Assembly: GCA_013239625.1 (NCBI GenBank)
Contig: MU055269.1
Location: forward strand, 3,535,225 to 3,599,224
DNA from: Lama guanicoe
Lineage: Eukaryota
Direction of reading: 5' to 3'
Length of the DNA: 64,000 nt
Part shown: piece by piece, positions 1 through 10,900 of the stretch
How the letters are laid out: each line of letters begins with the position of its first letter
Position numbering within the stretch: position 1 is the stretch's first letter
Position numbers and translations under genes: made by a program
Notes under the pieces: generated by a model
Database searches by the model: none
Seen by the model: the letters and a program-made list of their open reading frames with translations, nothing else
What the model was told of the DNA's origin: nothing

Positions 1-340
1 TCGTGTGGGGCCGCCGCGCTGGCTCGGGGCCGTCCTGACGCTGGCCCCACGGCTCCCTTGGCTGTCCACACGCAGGAGCCTAAGGGTGACCGCTGTCCGG
101 GGCTGCTGGTGGAGGGGGCTCTGTCTGAAGTTCCGTGGCGGCTCCACCTCCCTCTGACGGCGGTTCGCAGGGTTGCTGTCCTCCAGCCCCTCGGTTTCTG
201 TCTGTCTTTAAATCTGAAGCAGGTCCCCGCACACAGCGGAGAGCTGCGTCTTGTTTTTACCCACTGACACGCTGTCCTAGTCGGGGTGGGTAGACCGTTG
301 GTGTTTAACGTGATCAGTGATGTGTGTGGGCTGGTGTCCA
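1..340 (-). mobile_element. Decayed ancient LINE-1 fragment (start of ORF2/endonuclease region)
   Basis: GTCTTGTTTTTACCCACTGACACGCTGTCC...TAGACCGTTGGTGTTTAACGTGATCAGTGA resembles the reverse complement of the L1M ORF2 start. Heavily GC-shifted. Confidence 0.55.
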
Positions 341-3043
341 CCATGGAGTGTGTGCCCTTCTTGGTCCCAGAGAAGCAGCAGGAGTCTTCAGGTAACGTGA
401 TGCCCTGCAGCTAGCAGGTGATTTTTTGAGAAAATTCAAGTTTCTTCCAAGCTCTCTAGCTCATTCCCCCGAATGCTGTTAGAGACGTGCAGACAGTCCT
501 CCTGAAAGTGCAGGAAATGTGGGCTTTGCTGGAGGGGTCTGGGTGGTCAACCTCTGCCCTGGGCCGGCCCCTCCCTCCACACAGGTGGCTCCGGGAGGAG
601 GCAGCACCTTTTAGCTGTGACTTAGGCATCCTCTTCCAAGCTCTGGTCCATTTAGCAGGGGCCTTACAGAAGTGTCAGAGGGGCAGATTCTTCCCTGACT
701 CCAGGAGTGAAAACTGTGTCCACACCCTGCTGCCCTCATGGGCGCTGGGCCTGCCGCCTCACGCGCGCACTGCTTCCTGCCTTCCCATGAGGAAGGGCCG
801 CTGGCTAGGGCAGCTCGGCCTCCACGCCAGACTCCTGGCCCAAACAGGCCGTTAGCTGCAGAGCCAGCCTTCAGGTTTGCCAGGACAGGTGCCACCTCCC
901 CTCTCCCCGCTGCTCCTGCCCTACTGGTCACCGCGAAATGTGGGCCCACAGCCCCCGGTTCCAGCTCCAGCGTGGGCCCGAGTCCTCTCCACTCCCCAGG
1001 GCCCGTGTGGCCGCCCCCTTCTCCCTGGGCAGGAAGAGAGGCCGCAGAAGTGGTGCATCTCTTGGTATCAAAATAATTCCACCAAGTTTGCATGTTCAGA
1101 TTTTCCATCAAGTTTTTTTTCCACTTTGAACAGTGGGTATTTTAAAGGGAGCCAAACAGTTGACAGTTTTATGTTCTAAACGAGTGGGGAACAGGTGAAC
1201 GGTGGTGGCCTGTAAGTTCACACTTCAGTGTAAGTTTACTCAGCTTACTCTTTTCTTAACTCTTCACTTTCACTGAACTTACACTTTCACTTTAAGTTCA
1301 TCTCTCTTGTCTCTTAAATGACGTCTATTTTATACTTTTTGAATTATAAAAGAATGTCATATTCATTGTGGAAACTTGGAAAATATAACAAAGGTGTCCT
1401 GGAAAAAGGACACCGCCTGGTGTAATTCCACCACCGTCAGCGCTCGGGCACGTTTCCTGCCCTTCTCTTCCTGTTGTGGGTGTGTGTCGCGAGCTCCTGT
1501 GCACACTCACACACACATACGTGGACACTGTAGCATGCGTATTTTTAAAGCCAAGCGGGGTTGCGCTGTGTGGACGGTTTGTACACCGTCATGAGCAGGA
1601 GGCAGTGGATTTTCCGCACCAGCTCGCGTGGATGCACCGAGCGCCCTGCTAACCCTCAGCCTCCCGTCAGGACAGATCTTACCTTACGGCGCATCCCAGC
1701 ACCAGCGCCCCCACGGGACGGCGGTTTGTCACGTAATTTCATCATCTGCCTATTTAGAGGACTGAAGTATGTCCGTCTGAGCCCACATCAAACTAAGAGC
1801 TCACAGAACCTGGAAGTGCCGCCTGCCTGGGTCGCCCACCCACCCGGGTCACGGGCTTGCCCGGGTCGCCCGCCAAGACACTCCCTGCAGCCACCTTGTG
1901 ACCCCGAGTCACGTCCCATTTTACTTCTGACCTCAGCTCAGGCAGCGCTCCTCCCTGTCTCACCTCACTTCTGTGTCGAGCCGTCGTTGGGTGTCAGCTG
2001 TGTGCCCACGCCAGCGTCACCTGTGGTGTCTCCTTCTGATAACTGAATCCTCGGGAAACACCCCTGGAGGTGGCGTCTTTCTAGTCCCCGGACAGGTGGT
2101 GAGACTGGGACTCGGGGTGTCAGAGCCAGGCTGGACACCTGCCCGTGTCTGACCAGACCTGGGTGCCCACGGTGGGTGCAGCCTCTTGGCCAAGACGCAG
2201 GCTGACCAGGCGCACACAGCCGTGGGCCGTGGCTTCTCCCAGACGAAAGGAGGTATTGAAGCACTGTGTTCCCCGGCACGAGTGTGGTTCCGGGGACAGA
2301 CCCGAGAGGGGCTGCAGGCCAGCCCCAGGTCAGGCGCGTCAGGACGTCTGAGCACCAGACAGCCCAGATGCAGGCGCGCCGACCCCTAGCTGTGTCCTTC
2401 CACAGGGTGGGACACCCCACCGCCATATTTTTGTATCTGTACTTGAAGGGGCAGAGTTTTGTAAAAGTGTTGCTGTTTAACTTAAAACACGGACGGGGAA
2501 CAGCAACCTCTGTGCAGCACCCTGTTCCATCTGTGCTTGACGCCCACCCCTCCGGAACCTGCTGCGCCCGGCTCTCCTGTCCTCTTCAATTCGAGGGGTT
2601 ATGGCTCGGGCTGTGGGCCCCCGGAGACACCTGCAGGGCACGCTTCCCCTGGGGCTCCATTGCCGGCTACCTGACCAGGGGCTCCCGGCTCCACCCGCGA
2701 GTCGGCCCAAGGGGGCCCTTTGTCCATTTTCTCACGGTCATAATTTGGGGGCAGAAGGGTGCCCAGTAGCCAGTCCCGTCTCCACATTTGTCCTCACAGC
2801 TTCTCTCCTGGGTTGAGCTGGTGGCATCTTAGGTGAAGCCCCAGCCTCCTGCCACACACAGTACCTCAGACCACCTCTCAGCTCCGGTCTGCGGGAGTCC
2901 AGGACCCAGGGGCTGTTCACCCCTAGGGAAAACCCGCCTCGTGCTCGACGCTGCGGAAGGGGCTTGTAGGCGACTGCCTCGCGCAGGCGGCTCTGCGTTT
3001 GGGACGCTAACGGTCTCCCTCCTGTCTGCCACTTTCTCACTAG

Positions 3044-3176
3044 AACTCGCTGGTGGTCGAGATCCCGCCTTTTCGCAATCAGAGAATAACCAGCCCCGTC
3101 CAAGTCAGCTTCTACGTCTGCAACGGGAAGAGAAAGAGAAGCCAGTACCAGCACTTCACCTACCTGCCCGCCAATG
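3044..3176 (+). CDS. NFATC1: NFATC1 exon 8 (133 bp, internal): end of the Rel-homology/IPT domain, [44 protein letters not shown]
   Basis: Translation matches the recalled NFATc1 RHR C-terminus. Branch point CTAAC at 3007-3011, pyrimidine tract and TAG acceptor ending at 3043, donor AATG|GTAACG at 3176/3177. KRKR nuclear localisation signal at 3128-3139. Confidence 0.98.
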
Positions 3177-3235
3177 GTAACGCTCTCTTTCTAACCTTGA
3201 GTGCTGCGAACGAACCAATGGGGTGCTTTTCCTAA
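3177..3235 (+). CDS. NFATC1: Read-through terminal extension of exon 8 encoding the short isoform A C-terminus ([19 protein letters not shown])
   Basis: Frame continues past the weak donor to TAA at 3233-3235. The peptide resembles the recalled human NFATc1/A tail GNAIFLTVSREHERVGCFF. Confidence 0.92.
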
Positions 3236-3564
3236 GAGACGCAGGAGCCGACTGCTGCGGCGGAGACACAGTGCGGTCCCACCGTGCGCTCGCGCGGCTG
3301 CCTTCTGTTAGCACGGTCACGTCTTCATTTCTTCCCAAAGAAAAGCGAAGCTTCTGGTGTATTTTCCTTCATTGCTGTTGGGGCGGGGCCGCGTTTGGGG
3401 CCATTATGGTCGTGTTGCTGGCTGCTTGCACACACGCAACAGCCAAGGGGGGACGCGCTGCTCTTTTGTCTGAAAAGCTGGGGTGGATCTGGTGTGTGTT
3501 TAAATCCCATGGAAGTTTAAGTGGAGAAGCAAGTAGCTGTCATTATTTTGCAGGTGCCTTTAGA

Positions 3565-3570
3565 AATAAA
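3565..3570 (+). terminator. NFATC1: Proximal polyadenylation signal (pA1) for short isoform A
   Basis: First AATAAA downstream of the isoform A stop (~330 nt). NFATC1 is known to use a proximal intronic poly(A) site. Confidence 0.75.
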
Positions 3571-4849
3571 CCCTTTCCATGAAGCCTGAAGGCCGGTGCC
3601 CGGCGTGGTCCTTAACTAACACCGGTGATTCTCATGCTCCCGCTAACGTCCCACACAAGCTTTTTGTGAATAACTGCATCTCCCCGTGACCGTGCGGCTT
3701 GCAGCCCGAAGCACCTTTCATTCGACTGAGAGGTCCCTTGTTCAGGCTCACGTGCTTTGAGGACGGTTTCTTTTCCCTAAAAAAGTCCTGTTTGCCTCTT
3801 CCACTTTCCAGGTGTTTTCTTACGGAAAACACTGCTGTCTGCCGTTCCACCCTGACCTGGCAGGAAGTTGAGCCTCCCCGAGTGTGCTCAGAGCCCCCGG
3901 TCCCGTCACCCTCCTCCCGGTGGACGGGTGTGTCCAGCGAGGACCGCGTCCTGATTGGTTGTGTCAGGTGCACGCGCAGCTGGCCATCAGTCCTGTTACA
4001 CTGCAGCTTTTGTTCTAAAAACTTAAAAGAGATGCGTACAATCTAACAGGGACATCATAAACTAAAAACAGATTGCAAAATCAGCAGTGTCGTCATTTAC
4101 TAAAATCAAGGAATTCTTGTAGGTTTCGGCTTTCTCTGAATGTGAAATGTCACTTACATGATAGAAAGCTCTGGGATGCCCGTGTAGACGCCAAACAGAA
4201 TTAACTGTTTTGGGGACAAACACTAGCCATGCCTTTCCAGGTTTGAATGACGTGATTGTGTTGTGAAATCGCGGCGTCATGAGCGTGTGCAGTCACAGGA
4301 GCGCAGCAGCGGCATTTGCCCCCCGCCCTGGGGCCCGGCTGCTTGTGGTCTGGGCCGCGAGCGCCTCGTGCCTCCTCTCCATTCGTGGGGTAACGAACTA
4401 CGTACCTTACAGAAGAGAGCAGGCTTTTTTTAATGTGATGATTGTGTCCCAATTAAAATTCGTACGTGCTTGACTGAGGGAAAGCTATGCTTTACAAAGA
4501 AAATGGTTTTTCAAACCAGTGTAGAAAGCAGCTCTAGCATTGATGTTTTCTGCAGTGCCTGCCCCAAATTTACCTCTCGCTCACACAGACCCCCCCAGCG
4601 TCAGAGGGGGAAGGGCCAGTGCTCATGGTGTGCCTCTCCGGGGGTGGGGGGCAAGGCCCCAAAGACAGGTTACTGAGGTCTTGGGGCAGGGCTGTCCCGA
4701 GTCACTGTCTCCCCCACCCCACAGGAAACCTTCAGTCCTGCAGGTCCCTCCCACAGGGGTCGGACCAGCTCTCTGCTCAACACCCCCTCACCCCCACGTC
4801 TGCCCTTCACCCACCACCCCTGCGTCTGCCCGACCCCCCCACCCCCACG

Positions 4850-4965
4850 NNNNNNNNNNNNNNNNNNNNNNNNNNNNNNNNNNNNNNNNNNNNNNNNNNN
4901 NNNNNNNNNNNNNNNNNNNNNNNNNNNNNNNNNNNNNNNNNNNNNNNNNNNNNNNNNNNNNNNNN
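4850..4965. other. Assembly gap (116 N)
   Basis: Run of N flanked by C-rich low-complexity sequence. Confidence 1.
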
Positions 4966-7900
4966 ACACCCCCGCACCCATGCTCTGTGGACCCTGGAGG
5001 TGGTGTACCACCCCACCGGTGGACCCCTCACCTGTGGGGTCAGAGCACAGAGGCCTGGCCATCTGTGGCCTGTGCCGCTGACCCCAGGCCCCAGCCCCCT
5101 TCACGTCGCTCCACATAGTCTGCTCCATCCGCGGCTGGGGTGCCCAGGCTCCCCGCCCCCGGAGTGCCCCGCCCTGCCTGCCTTCCTGGGGTGGCCGGTC
5201 CCCATGGTGCTGTGACCAGGCTGACATCCCGCTGGACTGCGAGCTCCCTGAGAGCGGGGACCCCCCCGGCCCCAACTCCATGCCTGAATCGTGGAGGGCT
5301 GCCCTGTGTGGTTTGAAAAAATAAATGAACAAATGAAAAACCAGAACTTCAGTTTCCAGCCTTAGGTTTGGTGTTTCTCTCGCGTCCTCACCGCCTTCCT
5401 CAGCCCTGGGGCTGTCTTCACTCTGCTGACGGTGGCGCCGCTCCGGGGGTGGGACGGCCACCCTTGTCACCTTCCTCCCAGCTCTGACCTGACCTTCTGA
5501 GGCCGGGACTACAGACACACTAGCCTCGCCCTCCGCCCCTCCTCTGCTGGCTGCCGTTTCAAGTTGTTCAGACTGCAAGGAAGTCCCACTGGGCGTGTGG
5601 GGACCTCTGGGCCCTGGTGGTCGGTGTCCTGGCTGCTGGGCTGCGTGAGGCCTGGGACAGTTTGGTCCTTTCTCCCTCTCTGGGGCGGGGAGGGGGCGCA
5701 TGTTTAATTGGGGGAAGTGTCCACTTGAGTGCAAGACGCCGTCAGTGAGCAGCGCAAGCACAGGGCCGGGAAGGTCCCTGCGTCCAGCCCCTCCTGGCCT
5801 CTCTGGGGCAGCGGTCGCAGCCCCGTGCAGCCAGGGAGGTTCTACTAAGCTTGCTTGTTGCTGTTTGGTTTACCTGTGCTCCTGCCACCTTCTGAAGGAA
5901 AAACGTCCCCACACTCGAGTGACTGAGCTGAGGCGCCCTGGTACCTGTCATGAGACAGACATCCCGCCAGGACCGGTCATGCTCCCGAAGGTCGTCCAGC
6001 ACGTCCGCTCCGATTAAAGACAGAAAGGAGCCTGACCTGCGGGGCGCGGCCCCCAGGTGTGGGGGAAAGGCAGTGTGCACGTCCCTGTGCTCCGGGGTCA
6101 CGTTCCCTCGCTGCCCAGCGACCTGGGGACAGGCAGGGCAGGTGGGGCTCACACACCAGGAAAGCGTCCCAGGTTGTGACTCGAAGCACGTGCCGACGTC
6201 AGTGTCTCTGAAATGAGCAGTAGGTCACAACGAGTGCTGGGGCCTGGGGAGTCCGTCTCTTCGTCTGAAGTGTTCTCGCTGGTTTCCCAGAACTAACTGT
6301 GTTGACCTGGGCCCCTGCCCGCCTGTGGCTCATGGAGCCGGGGGTGAGGGCCCCGGGGCTTCTCCAGGACCAGCCGAGGAGGCCCCGGGGACACAAGCCA
6401 GCCCGCACGGCCTCTGCCGCCGGGGGCGCGGCTCTGAGCGTCCGCAGACCCGGGGCCTGGCTCTCCGTTCCCGCTTGTGCTGGCGCCGAGCAGGGGCAGC
6501 CGGTGTGGGTGGTCACGGCGTGGCCAGGCCGCCCTCCAGCTCCCAGACAGCCCAGCGGCCCCAGCTTCACGGCAGGTTTTGAGTTCACCTCTTCCACTGA
6601 GCACTCAGGCTCATTTCCCCCCAATCCGTGGCATTGCACTCTGGGCTTAACCTCGAATCCCCTTCCAGACAGCAGGACCCTCACTCAGGTGACCATGGGA
6701 AGCTCCGTGGGCCTCCTCCTCCTGGGACCCTTGTCACTCCTGCCTGCAGCCCCTCGGCCCCCACCCCCGGCAGGCTCCTCCGAACCCGGCCCGCCTGGCG
6801 CAGACCTGTCCATGTCCCCTCATTTCATAAACAGACGAAGCCCTGGGCGGTGGGGCCCCGGCCTGGACCAGCGCCGTCAACAGCGGGGCGGCCAAGCGAC
6901 ACCTAGGAGGGCCCTTACAGTCACCCCCACCCGCCCTGCTCTGGGAGAGGAAGTGTCACGTCCCCGTCCCGCCGCGTGTGACAGCTGCATCTTTGTGGCC
7001 CTGACCGCGGAGGCCGCCCCTCCAGTCTTCAGAAGCCTGCCTGTGCGTGCAGCCCCTGCCTGGGCGGAGCAGCGGCATTCAGAGCTGACGAGGCAGGCTC
7101 CTGAGGACCGACCCCCACGCTGTCCCTTGTACCCCTAGAGGCCACGTGCGGGCGAGTCCTCCTCTGCCTCCTGCCAGGAGCTGAGGAGGCGCAGGCGGAG
7201 GTCCAATAGCCACTGTCCACACCTGGGCCCCGGCCCAGCCTGCTCTCAGGCACCTGCCGGCTTCCGTGTGGAGCAGACCACACCCACGTCTCCAGCCCAT
7301 GGTGTGGAGGCTGGCCTGTTCTGGGGCCTGGGGTGTCAATCCCGGGACCCCAGCCTGCCCAAAACACCCTCAAGGCAACGTAGAGCCGTGTGGTGCCAGG
7401 TCGGGGCAGGAGGGCGGTGGGCACTCCTCGTGTGGTCAGTGGCCCTGGAGGCTTTCTGGAACCTTCCTCCCAAGTCACCTCAGCGGGGTGGCAGCCACAC
7501 GTCTGTCCAAGTGCAAGAGCCATGGGGGCGGGGCCGGCGCGTAGCTGGGGGCGCAGGCTCCTCGAGCTTTCCGTCAGAGCCCAGAGGCGGCTCTTGTAGC
7601 TCCCAGCTTTATGGGCCCTTGTTCCAGTGGAGGATGGGGTGCACGTTTAACCTCTTCCCACGTTAAACTTGCTGCCGCAGAGGTGCAGTGAACTGGCCTC
7701 TCCCTGCCCACAGGAGGGGAGCATGACCCCGCCGGCCCCTGGACGGCCAGGTCGGGAGGCCGGGCCTGGGCAGGGCGCAGCGGCACTAGGGGAGGGGCAC
7801 GGGATCTGCTCTCCCTGCAGGTCCCGCCACGTGCGGGCGCCCTGCCCAGGGTCTGCCCTCACCCTGCCTTCGTGGGTCCAGCTGTGTCTGGTCGGCTGTC

Positions 7901-10900
7901 AGGAGTCCAGATGCGGCGGTTGGAGAGCCCCAGACATTAGGAGAGGCGCCTTCACCTCTGATCGGTAGCCTGGCATCGACCGTCTCGAGTGATACCCACC
8001 TGGGGCCTCCTCCCCAAACCTGGCCTTGAATCCATGGGGAGAGGGTTTGAACTTGGACCTGAGTAGAGATGAGCGGGGGCGGGTGAGGGGCCTGGACTGG
8101 TGGAAGAGACCGCGGATGCCCGTTCACAGAGGCTGGGGCTGGGGACAGGCAGCCCAGTGCGGCCGCACCCAAGGACTCCCTCGCAGAAACCAGTTCCACA
8201 GGCGGCCTGGCAGGACCCAGGGGGTGGGACATGGTTTTGTTTAGAAACTTGAGGGCCACAGGCCACCAAAAGCAAAGGCAGTGTGAGTCAGGAAGAGGCT
8301 GGACCCCCGACGAGTCTGGGCACACCCTCGCGGAGACCTGGCGACCCCCTCCCCCTGGGGACCTGGGCCCACGACAGGGTGGCGGTCACCCCCACGCGGC
8401 TCCCTGAGCTCCCACGGGGTCACCGCCCTCGACCTGCTGCTGCTTGAACACAAACCACCGGGAGGGCGAATCGGGTCCCCTTCAAGTGCAGTTCTGGTGA
8501 CACTGGGTGAGATGCGCCTGATGTGTTCATTGGCTTGTGTGGTCTGTTGACCAGAGTCAGCTGTCGGCCTGGTGGGGTGACAGATCCCCACGTGGGGCAC
8601 CTGGAGAGCAAGGCAGTGCACACCGCGGGCTGCTGCCACATTCGGGGAGGCTACCCTGTCAGTCAACGTCCCCGCCGTCCGCGTCTGACCTGGCACCCCA
8701 CTAACCTCCGTGAGCCCTCGGTCGCTGTCTCCTGGTGTCCACGTTCTGCTTCCGCAAAGCCTGTGGGTCCCCGCCCTTGGGGTCAGGGCCTCACCACCTC
8801 GTTGGGGTTAGTTGGCAGTGTTACTGCCACCATGGAGCTGAGGTCCCGGGCAGGGTGTGGTTAAAGTCGGGGCGTTCCCACCACCGTGAGCCCACAGGCT
8901 TGCCCTCCTGGCGCCCTAAGACTTGGGCGCAGGTGCTGGTTATGCTGTGGAAGGACTGGAGCTCGCTCCCGGAGAAAGAATCCCACCCTGCCGCGTGGTG
9001 TGTGGGCCAGTGAGTCGGCTTGTCCACTGATCCACCCCCCACCCCACAGTCCCCTCTCGGCTCTGGCCGTGGACAGAGGCCACACTGGGTGATGGGCCAG
9101 AGATGACCAGAGGGCCGTGGCTGATGGCCCATAGCTCCCCACCACCGCCCCCCGTATCCCTTGAGTGTGGCTCGTCCCCTCTTGGGTGTGGCCCCGCCCG
9201 ACCATGTGAGCAGGGCACTTACAGCTGCTCTCGGGCCGCAGCTTTGGGTTGGCCTGCTTTTCTGCGTCCCTTCTGCCTTCTTCCGTCTGCGTCTGGATGC
9301 CGTGCTAGGTGCTGCGGCTTCGAGTGTTTGTGAAACTTCCACGTCCAGGGACTCACAGAGCAGCCTGCTGTGTCCGCGTCACGTAAAGTGAGTCCTGGTT
9401 TCTGGATAAAAGAAATCACTTGGCTTCACGAGGTGCTGACACTCAGTGGGGCTGGTCCAAGTGCGTCCCTTACAGCTGTCCAGAGAGCTGCCCCCGTTCA
9501 CCTTGGGACCTTGGCCTCTTGGGGTCAGAGGACTGGCCAGATGGTGTCCTGTTCCTGGACTGCTGGGCCCTGCCCTTCAGTGAGGGGATGGGCTGGCTCA
9601 GGGCACGGGGAACACCCAGCTTATCCTTCCTCACGTGTGGGTCCCGTTCTGGGCACGAGCCCCAGGTGCCCAGGTGTGAGGGAGCCCAAGACGGCGTCCG
9701 TCCACTGCCCCCACCCCCGGCTGCTGGGGGCCATGGGCGCGTGCCCTGAGCGTTTGGCAGCGAAGGAAAGGAAACGTCAGTGTCTGTAACAGCCCGCAGG
9801 CCTGGGGTCTGAGCCCCGCTCCCTCTTGGAGACATGTCACATGCCCTCGGCCCCCCGGGGCAGCTGGCCCTGCCCACTGGCTTGTCTATCTGAGGGGAGT
9901 CCTAGGGGACAGCCACGGTGGGACCACAGACTTCAGTTCTGCGGAGTGGCCGTCAGCTGGGGGCCTCTGGCTGCCCCTGCCCGATCATCTGCTGAATCAG
10001 CCAGGGGTGGTCATTTACCAAATCCACCGAATCCCTGGGCGAAAGACAGGGTGGAAATGACCGATTCGCCCGGATCCCGGACGTCGGGGACTGAGGCTTG
10101 CTTGGCACTGACTCAGTCTCCGAGGACAAGTTCAGAGTGGTTTCCCGGGGTGTGTGGCTGGGGTGGGATGGGGTAGCCATGCCTGGGGGCCACCTGTCCA
10201 CTCAGCGCCCAGAGCCAGACAGGATGGGGCTCACACTGGCTTCTTGACCTTGTGAGTGAGTCCACAGCGCCGCCACACCTGTGACCGTGAGGACTGGAGC
10301 CTGTCCACCCCGAGGAGAGGCTGATGGGGATCTGGGCAGGGGAATTCGGAAAGGCGGCCGGAACTGCCCTGAGCCTCCCTGATCTCACTGGGTGGCCGGT
10401 AGGCGTCCACGGAAGGGTTACGATCGATTCAGGATTGGAGCCATGTGGGGCTGGGTCTGCCCCGTGGAAGGGCGCACTTGTCCCCACTGTCTCCAGGACC
10501 ATCCTCCACCCTGGCCGGGAGGGGGCAGGGCCACTGCCTGGCTCCTGGGGACTCGAGTCTCAGCGCAGGAAGATCTCGTCGGGGCTCAAGTCCCCTGGTG
10601 TCCCCACTCCTGGCAGAAACGCCCAGGCACCTTCAACGAGGAGCTCCGGTGCCATCAACAGAGGATACGCAGCTTTGGGGCTTGGGGTGCCACCTCCACG
10701 ATGACAGTCACGCCCTGAGTGAGGCCCGGCCGGCAGCCTACGTTTCCACAAGATGTGTTCTGTGGCCAGCAGTCGGCCTTGAGATCACATTGACCTCCCA
10801 CACTTTCGCTTTCTCTGACGGACTGAGACTACTGCTCACCACTGGGGTGACCTGGTCTGCAGTGCCCGCCCCCACACCTCCCACCCAGACCAGCGCAGTG

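Noticed and set aside
4670-5761. 363-aa and overlapping ORFs
   Set aside because: They span the N gap, so their length is artificially inflated.
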